64,000 nt of DNA. It comes from Centroscyllium fabricii (taxonomy: Eukaryota). A model generated the notes under the pieces. It did not search any database. It was not told the DNA's origin and saw only the letters and a program-made list of their open reading frames with translations. Shown one piece after another: positions 1 to 11,043 of the stretch. Each line of letters opens with the position of its first letter. The stretch's first letter is position 1. A program made the position numbers and the translations under genes. The stretch spans positions 9,548,001-9,612,000 of the forward strand of contig JBNRSN020000010.1 in NCBI GenBank assembly GCA_051313645.2. Direction: 5' to 3'.

Positions 1-583
1 AATCCCTTGTTACCTCTACACTTGTCCAATCCAGCGGACTCTGCCTTTCTCCCACGTTCTACTTTTCGTTAGCTTCAGGTCGTCCAAAATGCTGCTGCCC
101 GTGCACTAATTGGCTCTAAGCCGCGTTCACACCATATCCAGTGCTCGCTGACCAAAAGTGGCTCCTGGTTAAGAAACGCCTCAATTTTTAAAATGTCATC
201 CTTGTTATAAATCGCTATATGGCCTAGCATCTCGCTGTCTCTGTAGTCTGTACAAGCATCGCAACCGCAATACATATCTGCGCTTATTCAAATGCAGCTT
301 CTTGACCTTCGCTGGTTTTAAACGCTCAAACATTGTCGCCCTTGCATTACAGCTGCCAGAGCAGGAAGCGCTGGAAATCACTCACTGAACCACGCAGCCT
401 TTCTACTTTTGTTTTCTCCTTTAAGTCGCTAATGAAATCCTGCCTCATTGATCAATATTTTGATTGCCAGAAGTAATACTTCCCTTTGCGAATTGATGTC
501 AATAATTGTTGTATAACGCTCATGTGAATCGCGTAGTGTTTTACTGCATTAAAAGCAGTATAAAAATCAACTTGCTATTGTTA
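1..583 (+). mobile_element. L2-type LINE 3' fragment, degenerate
   Basis: Decayed ORF2 C-terminal motifs (LQVVQNAAARAL..., then HWL/FKIL-like) followed by an L2-like terminus (gtgaatcgc...ttactgcattaaaagcagtataaaaatcaacttgctattgtt). Confidence 0.7.
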
Positions 584-589
584 TGTGTG

Positions 590-3545
590 AGCTTACCACG
601 TGGACCGTAGATTCACCATCATCGCTAGTGTAAGTGAAAGGAACCACGAGTATAGGATGCGCACATTTAGCACCAGTGTAGGTGTATGCATAACACGTGA
701 ACCAGAAGTGTGAATCAGTGTATGTGTAGGGCACCACAGCTAGTGAACGAGCACGGCCACTACCAAAGTAAATGTAGGAGTACCACTCGTCCCGAGGAGC
801 ACTGTTATCTCTAGTGTAATGTAGGGGCACCACTAATACAAGCGCAAATTACTGACACCTATTGGAAGTGTAGCGGTACTAATTCAAGCAGAGGAAAATG
901 GATAACTCTCCTCTACGTTTAGGATTACAAAAAGTGTAAGAGGAGCAGGGTCACATCTAGTGTAGGAGGAGGACTGTCGCCAGTAGTGTAGGAGCAGCAC
1001 GATTAACTCTACTGTAGGAGTAGAACGGTCAGCAATAGTGTAGAAGGACAACGGTGATCACTAGTGTAGGAGGAGCACGGCCAGCATATTGTGCAGGATG
1101 AGCATGGTGAGCATTGGTAGGAGGAGGACGGCCAGCACTAGTGTAGAAGCAGGACCGCCAACGAAATGTTAATGTATGTGTTCCTGTAGTGTAGGTGGAG
1201 CACGGTGAATACTAGTATTGTGTAGGGGTTCCACTAGCGTAGATGGAGAACGGTCAAAAGTAGTGATAGCGTTGGAGTTCCATTGGTGTAAGAGGAGCAT
1301 AGTCAACATTACCGTTAGTGTAGGTGTGCTCCTAGTGTAGGATGAGCACGGGAAGCATAAGTCATAGAGTAGCGGCTACAGTGGTGTGTATAGAGCACGG
1401 TAAACACGAGCATTGTTGTACTGGTTGCACTCGTGTAGTAGGAACAGGGTCAACACTTGTGCTAGTGTAGAAATTCCACTAGTGTAGGAGGAGCCCGATC
1501 AAAATAATTGATAGTGTAGCGGATAAACTTCTACAGGAAGATCATATGCACCTCTAGTTTTAGAGGAGGTGTTACACTTCTGGGGTGGAGCACGGTCAAC
1601 ACGTGTGGTAGTGCAATCTTTCCACTAGTGAAGGAGGAGCACCGTCAACACTAGTGTTAGTGCAGAGTTAAACATAATGTAGGTGGAGCACGGTCAACAC
1701 TATTGTTAGTGCAGGTGTTCCACTACGGTAGGAGGAGCACGGTCAACACTAGTGTTAGTGTAGGGATTACAATAATGTTTGTGGAGCCCGGTCAACACAA
1801 GTGCTAGATTAGTGGTTCCACTAGTGTAGGTGGAGCATATTGAACACTAGTCTAGGAGGAGCACGACTAGCACTAGTGTTTGTGTAGGGGAGGAGGAGCA
1901 CGTCAAATGTGGTGTTAGTGTAGGGCTAGCATAGTGTAGGCGGAGCCCGGTCAACACAAGTGCTAGTGTAGTGGGTCCACGAGTTTGGGAGTAGCATGGT
2001 CAGCACCAGTGTTACTGTACGGATACCACTAGTGTAGGAGGAGCCCTGTCAACAAAAGTTTTATTGTATGTGTTCCACGAGTGTAGGAGGAGCATGGTCA
2101 GCACGAGTGATAGTGCATATGTAACACGAGTGTAGGAGCAGCACGGTAAACTATCGTGTTAATGTATTGCTTCCACTAGTGTACGATGAGCAGGATCAAC
2201 ACTAGTGTTACTGTAGGGGCAGCAGTAATAAAGGAGGAGAGCCCGGTCAAAACTCGTGGAAGTGGCTGGGGAAAACTTGTGTAGAGGGGTCACGGACACT
2301 TCTAGTGATAGATTAGTGATTGCACTACTGCAGGAAACATAGAAACATAGAACCATAGAAGATAAGAGCAGGAGTAGGCCATTCGGTCCTTCGAGCCTGC
2401 TCCCCCAATCAATGAGATCAGGGATGATCGTCGAAACTCAGCACCTTGTCGCTGCCTTCTCCCCATATCACTTGAATTCTGAGGAGCCTGCACCGAAACA
2501 TATCCAACCAGATCCCCGACAACCCTGTATTCTATCTAACACTAATGTCAATTTATCCTGGCCAATCAACGTAACACACATATCTTTGGAGCACTGGCAA
2601 CACCAGTGTTAATGTAGATCTTGCAGTATCATAGGAGAACCCGGTTCAAAATTAGTGTTGGTGTAGGAGTTCTACTGGTGTAGGAGTTGACCGGTCACAT
2701 GCAGTGTTAATGTAGGCTTTCCATTAGTGTAAGAGGAGTGCGCTCAACACTATTGTTAGTGTCGGAGTTCTACTGATATAGCAGGAACACCGTCAAAACT
2801 GTTGTAACTGTGGGGGTAGCACGAATGTAGGAGGAGCACCCTCAACATTAGTGTTGGTGCAGTGTTTGGACGAGAGCAGGAGGAGCACGGAAACACTAGT
2901 GTTAGTGTACTAGTAACGGAATTGTAGGAGGAGAAGTGTCAACACTAGTGTTAGTGTAGGGTTGACAGAAGTGTAGGAGGAGCACGGTCAACACTCGTGT
3001 TAGTGTATGGGTTCCGCTAGTGAAGGAAGGGCCGGGTCAGCACTAGTGTAATTATCGGAGTTCCACTACTTTAGGAGGAGCAAGTTCAGCACTAGTGTAG
3101 GATCAACATGGTCAACACTCGTGTTAGTGTAGGTGTTCCACTAGTGACGGAGGATCACTGTCAACTCTAGTGTTAGTGTAGGTGTTCCGCTTATACAGGA
3201 AGTGCACTGTCAAGCTAATGTCAGTGGAAGGGTTCCAGTAGTGAAGGATGGCACAGTCAGCACTAGTTTTGTTGTAGGATTTCCACGAGTGTAGGGTAGG
3301 CAGGGTCAGCACTAGTGTAGGATGAGCATGGTTAGCAATAGTAATATTGTAGGGTTTCCCCTAGTTAAGGAGGAGCACGGTCAACACTATTTGCTGGAGG
3401 AGCACGGTCAAAACTTGTGTTAGTGTATGTGTGCCAGTAGTGTAGGAGTAGCACTGACAGCTCTAGTTTCGGAGGAGCAAACTCAAAACTAGTGTTAAAG
3501 TATGGTTACAACTTGTGTAGGTGGAGAACTGTTAACCGTCGTGTA
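590..3545. repeat. Degenerate 49-bp satellite, variant A (ccactagtgtaggaggagcacggtcaacactagtgttagtgtaggtgtt)
   Basis: The ggagca motif recurs at 1685, 1734, 1783 and 1832 (49-bp spacing). ~26-bp half-units occur at 960-1150. The unit contains the palindrome aacactagtgtt. Confidence 0.85.
2334..2597 (-). mobile_element. HE1 SINE, 5'-truncated
   Basis: (catagaaa)n tail, HER1-type 3' end (ggagtaggccattcggtccttcgagcctgc) and end of the V-domain (aatttatcctggccaatcaac...tctttggag). Confidence 0.8.
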
Positions 3546-3762
3546 TCTCTACACAGTTGCGGCTGGCCCTGCTGTGATTTCCAAAAAACATGTTTTTTAT
3601 TTCTTATTTTTGTTTTTGTTTTTCATGCATACCCCAGCATGTGCAACATTTGAACCCTTATGAAACCACCTCAGTGTTCTCTGATGGCAGTGATTTCTGA
3701 CTGTCCTGTGTGGACACCATTCACACCGTTGATTGCTGTGATTATCACCCTGCCGAGGTGTG

Positions 3763-4452
3763 ATACAATACAATACAATACAATTCAATTTATTTTCATT
3801 GTAAAGCGAACACAATACAATGAAATGCAAACATGCAAACTCCCAAAGAAACAATAGATGTTAAAATGTCCTCTCCTGTAAGTCCCAGCCTGGTCCATAA
3901 TGCCCCCCTGACGGTCCCGATGCTCAGGCCCCGACGCTCCAGCCCCGATGCACAGGCCACGCAGGCTCCGATGCTCCTGGCCCTGATGCTCCGGCCACGA
4001 CGGCCCCGACGCTCCAGCCCCGGTGCACAGGCCACGCAGGCTCCGATGCTCCTGGCCCTGATGCTCCGGCCATGACGGACCCGATGCTCCAGCCCCGACG
4101 CTCAGGCCACGCAGGCCCCGAAGCTCCTAGCGCCCGGCCACGACGGCCCCGATGCTCCAGCCCCGATGCTCGGGCCACGCAGGCTCCAGCCCCGATGCTC
4201 GGGCCACGCAGGCTCCAGCCCCGATGCTCGGGCCACGCAGGCTCCAGACCCGATGCTCGGGCCACGCAGGCTCCAGCCCCGATCATCGGGCCACGCAGGC
4301 TCCAGCCCCGATGCTCGGGCCACGCAGGCTCCAGCCACGACGGCCTCGATGTTACCGGCGCCTGGCCACGCTCAGAACCAGTACGGGGACCAGCGGACAT
4401 CATTTCCCTGGGAGACGCAAAGCCGCTGCGTCTATGCGCGCCGCCATCTTGG
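3763..4452 (-). mobile_element. Non-autonomous retroposon with internal GC-rich VNTR (Rex1/L2-like termini)
   Basis: Minus strand begins ccaagatggcggcgcg and ends aataaattgaattgtattgtattg, a (TATTG)n tail. The interior is tandem repeat with no RT/EN. Confidence 0.55.
3905..4370. repeat. GC/CpG-rich VNTR, 29-bp core cccgatgctcgggccacgcaggctccagc
   Basis: Six near-perfect copies at 4162-4335, plus a ~75-bp higher-order duplicate at 3931/4006. Confidence 0.95.
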
Positions 4453-4489
4453 TAAAGGGCAGTTACTAAAAAAAACTTTAAATATCTAG

Positions 4490-4625
4490 GACTGTTTTCT
4501 GCCTATATATGCTGTACCTATATGCATCGCTTCACGTCAAGTGACGAAGGCACAGCGCTCCAGTAGGTTATGATTTCAAATAAATCTGTTGCCCTATAAC
4601 CTGGTGTTGTGTAAAATCTTACAAC
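4490..4625 (+). mobile_element. Penelope-like terminal remnant (decayed hammerhead motif)
   Basis: gtgacgaaggcacagcgctcc...caaataaatctgttgccctataacctggtgttgtgt; homologous to 10188-10305. Confidence 0.55.
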
Positions 4626-4687
4626 AGTGGATAAGAAGGAGCACGGTCAAAACTATTGTTATTGTAGGGTTTCAGCAAGTGCAGGAT

Positions 4688-4860
4688 TTAGAAACATAGA
4701 AACATAGAAACTAGGAGCAGGAGTAGGCCATTCGGCCCTTCGAGCCTGCTCCGCCATTCAATGAGATCATGGCTGATCATCCAAACCAAGTACCCAGCCC
4801 CTGCCCTCTCCCCATATCCCTATCGAGCCTGCATCGACACACATCTCTCCCCATCCCCAC
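4688..4860 (-). mobile_element. HE1/HER1 3' tail fragment
   Basis: tagaaacatagaaacatagaaactaggagcaggagtaggccattcggcccttcgagcctgctccgcc. Confidence 0.85.
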
Positions 4861-6134
4861 TGTTACGTCCAATGTTACTATAAGAGTCCCACTTGTGTAG
4901 TAGAATCACGGTCACCTCCAATTTTATTGTAGGTGTTCCATAATGTAAGATGAACGCGGTCACCTCTGGTATATCTGCAGGAGTAATACGAGTGTAGGAG
5001 ATGCAAGGTAACCACGAGTGTAATTGTATTGATACGAGTATTTCAGGAGCAGCATGCAACAATCTAGTCTAAATGTAGGTTACCTCTAGGGTAAGTGCAG
5101 ATTACCACATGCACCAGATGACCACTCTCACCTCTAGTGTAACTGTAGGCTTGCCACTAGTACAGTAGGTGAATGATCATTCCTAGTATTCGTGTATGCA
5201 CAATAAGTACAAGGGGATCAAAATGACGTATAGTGTTAGTGTTGGTTACCTGAATAACCTGATCGCACATAATGCAAGCGGCAAAATTTCAGACGCCTTT
5301 TCAAATCAAGTGTAGGCATAGTGGGCCACATGTTCGAGAGGAGCACGGTTGCATCTGGTGAAAGTTTAGGAATCCCACGAGAACCGAAGGAGCATTGTCA
5401 ATCCTGAGATAATGGTAGTGGTACCACTGTCACTGGAGGGGCACTGCAGCTCTAGTATAATTACATTTTTACAAACAGTACCAGAAGAGCAGGATCACCT
5501 TACATGCAAATATAGGTTAGCATTATTGCCGGTGACAGCATGTACAATCTAGTTTATGTTTGGGGTCCTACTGGCTCCTGAGTGCAAAGGTCATAATTGG
5601 TGTAAATTTAGTGATACCACTTATAATGCAGTCGCTTGCATAAATCTAACGTAAGTGTATTGGTAACACTGGGACAGGAGTGGCATGTTCACATCTCGTG
5701 TCAGTGTAGGGGTAAAATTGGGGCAGGAGGGGCAGAGCTACATCTAGTGTCAGTCTTAACGAAAACGCTGGTGATGGAGGGGTAAGGTCACATCATTGCA
5801 ACGTAGGAATAACGCTGGGACGGGGCGGCACTGTCGCTTCAATGTAATTTAGGGGTAGCACTGGGACAAGAGGGGCACGGTCACATCTACTGTCAGTGTA
5901 AGCGTAACACTGGCACAGGAGCGGAACGTTAGATCAATGTAATTGCAGGAATAACGCTGTCACAGGAGTGGCTCATTCACATCAATGTAATGTAGGGTTA
6001 GATCTGGGACAAGAAATGCAACGTCACACCATTGGAATTGTAGGAGTAACACTGATAGGAGCGTCAAATTCACATATTGTATCAGGTTAGGGGTAGCATT
6101 GACACAGGCGGGATGTCGTAAAACACGACTTCAG

Positions 6135-6712
6135 AAGTACCCTGTACAGGGCTTTGTTGACACCGCATCTCGAGTATTGTGTGCCGTTTTGGTCGACTTA
6201 ACTAACTTAAGATGTCATTGCCATGCAAGTAGTGCAGCAAAGATTCACCTCGCTGATACGTGACATGTTCAGGAATGATGTATGAGCAGGGATTGTGTCC
6301 CACTGGAGCTTAGAAGAATGAGAGGGATATCTTTGAAACAAAGAACATTCAAACAGGACTTGACAGACTAGATGTAGATTGGAAGTGCCCGATGGCCGGG
6401 GGTCCAGAACCAGGTCTTCTATTCTAAGGATAAGGGGTAAGCCAATTTGGACTGAGATGAGGAGACATTTTTTCACCCAGAGAGTGGTGAACCTGTGGAA
6501 TTCTCTGCCACAGAGGGCGGTGGAGGCCAGTTCATTAAATATATTCAAGAACGTGTTAGATCTATCCCTTCAGGTTAAAGAGATCAAGGGATATGGGGAG
6601 AAGGCAGGGACAGTGCACTGAATTTGGATGACCAGCCATTATCTAATTGAATGTCATGGTAGTCTCGAGGGTCTTAATGGCCTACTCCTGATCCTATATT
6701 CTATGTTTCCTT
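6135..6712 (+). mobile_element. HER1 (CR1) LINE 3' fragment
   Basis: PHLEYCV-like motif, then LRIRGKPIWTEMRRHFFTQRVVNLWNSLPQ and tail ggcctactcctgatcctatattctatgtttc. Confidence 0.85.
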
Positions 6713-9000
6713 TTAAGTTAGTAAAAGGTACTGGTCGGCCTCCTGAGGGCTCCGACGTGGGAGTATATATACTCGCGCAATGGCGCAACTTTGGCAGAGA
6801 CAATCTGAAACCAGGAAGCCAGTGACTTTTAATTAGCTCTCTTAGGTTGTGTTATAAGAACAGTAAAGCCTTGCTTGATAGTCAGCCAATAGCATAGAAA
6901 TTATTTATTACCTCCAGCGGCACGGATATATAAATGGAATTGTAGGAATAACGCTGGGACAGGAGGGGCACTGGCACATTAATGTAATGTTGTGGTGACA
7001 CTGGGACAGGGGGGGACACGGCGAAATCAATGCAATTGAACGGGTAACATTGGTACGGGAGGGACACGGTCATATCAATGGATGTGTCGGGTTACACTGG
7101 GACGGAAGTGGCCCTGTCACATTTATTGTCAGTGTAGGCGTAGCACTGGCACAGCAGGGCGCGGTCACATCCAGTGTTATTGAAGGTGTATAACTGGGAC
7201 AGGTTGGATAAAGTCACATTAAATGGAATTTTATGAGTAACGCTTGGACTGAAGAGTCACAGTCACATTTTGTTACAGTGTAGCGTTAACAGAGGTACAG
7301 TAGGGGGACGGCCACATCTAGTGCCAATGTAGGGGGTAACACGGGGAAAAGAATGGCATGGTCACAGGAAATGGAATTGTTGAGGAAGCACTGGGACAGG
7401 TCTGGTACGGTAACATATATTGCCTGTGTAGCTGTAGCACTGGGATCGGATTCGCACGGTCACGCCTAATGTCAGTGCAGAGGGAAAAACTTGGACAAGA
7501 GGGGCACAAACATACCAAGGGTGAGTGCAAGGGTAACACTGGAATAGTACGGGCACGGTCATATCAATGTCATTCCAGGTGTATGGCTGGGAAAGGAGGG
7601 GCACGGTCACAATAAGTATAAGTGTACGGTTAAAATTGGGACTGGGGGGACACGGGCACATTTAGTGTCACAGAAAGGGTAACACAGGGCAGGCGGGGCA
7701 GAGTCACAACTAGTGTCATTGTAGGGGTAACACTGGCACACGAGAGATGCGTTTACATCTGATATCAGTTTAAGGGTAATACTGATACAGGAGCGGCACG
7801 GCCACATAAGCATGTAAGTGTAGGGCTAACACTTCTGGACCGTGGGATGTGGTAACATCTAATGTCAGTTAAGGTGAAGCACTTGGACACGAGGGGGCAC
7901 AGTCACATCTAGTGTCATTGTAGGGCTAAAACTGGGTGAGGAGCGGCACGGTCGCATCTAGTGTTGTTGGGCTATCAATGGGACCTGTGATTCACGGTCA
8001 CATCTAGTTTCAGTGCCGGGTAAACAATTGGACACGAGGGGCACTGTCATATCTAGACTAAGTATCGGCGAATCAGTGGGTTAGGAGGGGCTCGGTAAAT
8101 TCTTCTGACTGTTTACCAGTAACAATTGCACAGGAGGCGCCCGGTCACAACAAATAAACTGTAGGGGAGCACTGAGAAAGCAGGAACAAGGTCACATCAA
8201 TGTCAGTTTAGGTGTAACACTGGGACAGGAGGGGCAGGGTCACATCTATTGTCAGTGTAGATGTAACTCTGGGAGATGAGTGGTACGGCCACATCTAATG
8301 TCAGTTTGGGGTAACAATGGGACAGGAGTGGTACGGTTACATCTAGTGTCAGTTTAGGGATAACACCGGGACATGAGGAGCAGGTTCACATCAATGTATG
8401 TGTAGTGCGAACAATGGGACATGAGTTGCACCGTCACATCAAGTGTGAAAGTAGGGGTTACTCTGGAAAAGGGGTGGCACGATCACAACTCGTGTCTTTT
8501 TAGCAGCAACACTGTACAGGAGAGGCAAGGTACATCTAGTGTCATTGTAGATTTAACCCGGGGAAATGACCGCCATGGTAACATTAAGGTAATTTCAATA
8601 GTAGTACTGGTACAGGTTGAACACAGTCATATCTGGTGTCAGTGCAGGTGTAGCACTGGGACAGGAGGGGCACGGTCACATCTATTGTCAGTGTAGGAAT
8701 AAAACTGCCACAGTGGTGACACGTTCACATCTAGTGTCAGATCAAGGGTAACACTGGGACAGGACGGTCACATTTAGTTTCAGTGTAGGTGTAGCATTGG
8801 GACTGCAGAGGTACGAGCACATCCGGCTTCAGCGTATGGGGAGCACCAGGACAGACGGGAAATGGTCACCTCAAAATTAGTTTAGTGGTAACACTGGGAC
8901 AGGCGGGCCAGGGTCACATCTAGTGTCAGTGTAGTTAAAACAATTCGCTAGGAGTGGCATGGTCCCATCGCTATATGTGTACGGGTAGCACTGGGAGATG

Positions 9001-9417
9001 GGGGACACGGTGGCACAGTGGTTAGCACTGCTGTCTCACAGCACTGGAGAGCCGGGTTCAAATCTAGGCTCGGGTACTATCTGTGTTGAGTTTGAACATT
9101 CTCCCCGTGTCTGCGTGGGTTTCCTCCGGGTGCTCCGGTTTCCTCCCACACTCCAAAGATGTGCGGGTTAGGTTGATTGGCCAGGATAAATTGACCCTTA
9201 GTGTTAGGGCGATTGAATGTGTGTGGTTACGGGGATAGGGTGGGATATTTGGATATTTGTCGATGCAGGCTCGATAGCGATCGAGGGATATGGGGAGAGG
9301 GCAGGGGCGGAGTACTGGGTTTAGATGATCAGCCATGATCTCATTGAATGGCGGAGCAGGCTCGAAGGGCCGAATGGCCTACTCCTGCTCCTAGTTTCTA
9401 TATTTCTACGTTTCTAT
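9001..9417 (+). mobile_element. Full-length HE1 V-SINE
   Basis: tRNA-derived head (A box tggcacagtgg, B box ggttcaaatc), V-domain (ttctccccgtgtctgcgtgggtttcctccgggtgctccggtttcctcccaca) and HER1-type 3' tail. Confidence 0.9.
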
Positions 9418-10145
9418 TGTCAGTGTAGGGGTAAAAGTGGTACAGGAGCGGCATTGCCACAGTTAGTGACAGAGCAGGGGTAACACTGGGAGAGCAGGGG
9501 CACGGTCAAACTTAGTGTCAGTGTAGGGGTAACACTGGGAAAGGAGGGGCACCTTTCACATCTAGTGTAACTGTAGGGTTAGCAGTGAGATACGAGGGAA
9601 AGGGTCACATCTAGTTTTAGTGTAGGGGTAATATTGGGACAGGACGTTCATTGTCACTTCTACTGTCAGTGCAGCGGTAACACTGGGACATGAGGGAAAC
9701 AGTCTCATCTAGTGTCAGTGTAGTGATAGCACTGGGACGGAAGTGCCACAGTGAAATCTAGTGTCAATATCGGGGAAATACTCGGACAGGATGGACACTG
9801 TTAGATCTAGTGTCAGAGTTTTCGAAACAATGGGACACGTGTGACACAGTCACATCAAGGTAAGTGTCATGGTAGCAATAGGACAGGAGTGGCACGGTCA
9901 AGTCTATTGTAAGTTTAGGGGTCCCACTAGCACAGGAGAGCCACCGTCAATCTAATGTCAGTTTACGTTAAATTCTGGCACATGTGGGACCGGGTCACCC
10001 CTAGCGTCAGTGTAGGTTTAACACCGAGAGAGGAGGGACACAGCCACATCTAGTGTAAATGTACTATAGCACCGGGTGACTAGGGGCACGATCACATCAG
10101 GTGTAACTGTAGGAGTAACACTCCGAGAGGACGGACACGGTCACT

Positions 10146-10305
10146 TACATAGAAACATAGAAGATAGGAGCAGGAGTAGGCCATTCGGCGAAGGGGCAGC
10201 GCTCCGAAAGTTTATGAGATCAAATAAAACTGTTGGACTATAACCGAGCGTTGTGTGACTTCTTACATTTGTCCAAAACCAGTCCCACTCCGGCACCTCC
10301 ACATC
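10146..10305. mobile_element. Minus-strand HE1/HER1 tail (10146-10187) fused to plus-strand Penelope-like terminus (10188-10305)
   Basis: acatagaaacatagaagataggagcagg... followed by gaaggggcagcgctccgaaag...aataaaactgttggactataacc...ccagtcccactccggcacctccacatc. Confidence 0.65.
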
Positions 10306-10791
10306 AACTCTAGTAATTTACTAGGACACGAGGAGCATGGACACACCTTGCGTAAGTGTATAGTGCCAATAATACAGGAGGAGAACTGTCACAAATAATC
10401 TAACTGGAGTGTCGCTGTAGTACAGGAAGATCACTGTCACCTCTAATCTAAAATCTGTATAGGGTACCATTAGTTCACTAGAAGCGCTGTCCCTCTATTT
10501 TAAATGTAGGTTGCCACTAGTACGGGAAGAGCACTGTCATAACTAATGCTGCCAGACTGGATTCATCATAAGTCTTTCAGAATTTCTTTACCAACTGCTC
10601 TGAAGGAGTTGTTAGACCAAAAAAAATTAAATGGCAGGGTCATGACGAATATTGCCTCCAGAATTGCATTCACCAGAATAGTACCTGCACTGGCACTGGG
10701 AGATTGCACTTCCTACTCGTAAACAACATTTTACTTGAGCATATTTTAAAATTTTCCAATAATATTTTCACAATTTTTTCTTATGCAGTCT

Positions 10792-10902
10792 CGATAGGGA
10801 TAGAGGGATATGGGGACAAGACAAGGGCAGTTACTGGGTTTGGATGATGAGCCATGATCTCATTGAATTCCCGACTCCTGCTCCTATCTTCTTTATTTCT
10901 AT
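10792..10902 (+). mobile_element. HE1/HER1 3' tail fragment
   Basis: gagggatatggggacaag...gagccatgatctcattgaat...ctcctgctcctatcttctttatttctatg. Confidence 0.75.
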
Positions 10903-10925
10903 GGTTAAGATTTATTAGGATTTAA

Positions 10926-11043
10926 TCTGATTGATTGGCTGGAGAACTGATTTGTGGATAAATATAAATATCCTTCCAGTGACTCAGTCTTGCGCCAGTC
11001 AAAGTATTTCATCTAATAGAGAATTCATCCATTCTGACAGAAA
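10926..11043 (+). promoter_or_regulatory. Putative core promoter/5'UTR of GPCR pseudogene
   Basis: ctgattg (CCAAT-like) and gtggataaatata (10954-10966, ending 78 nt before the ATG). The 13-mer and its spacing are identical upstream of the intact paralog. Confidence 0.6.

Larger units (their letters stand above)
4626..10545. repeat. Degenerate 49-bp satellite, variant B (gggacaggaggggcacggtcacatctagtgtcagtgtaggggtaacact), interrupted by SINE/LINE fragments
   Basis: Same 49-bp period as variant A with a shifted consensus; best preserved at 7650-9750. Confidence 0.85.

Noticed and set aside
3796-4489. Multiple overlapping Pro/Arg/Ala-rich ORFs
   Set aside because: By-products of a stop-poor GC-rich VNTR with a 29-bp period (not a multiple of 3).
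9001-9075. tRNA gene
   Set aside because: The A/B boxes belong to the tRNA-derived head of an HE1 SINE continuing into the V-domain.
590-10545. CRISPR-like array (regular repeats with a palindromic core)
   Set aside because: The whole 49-bp unit repeats with no unique spacers, there are no cas genes, and the context is vertebrate.
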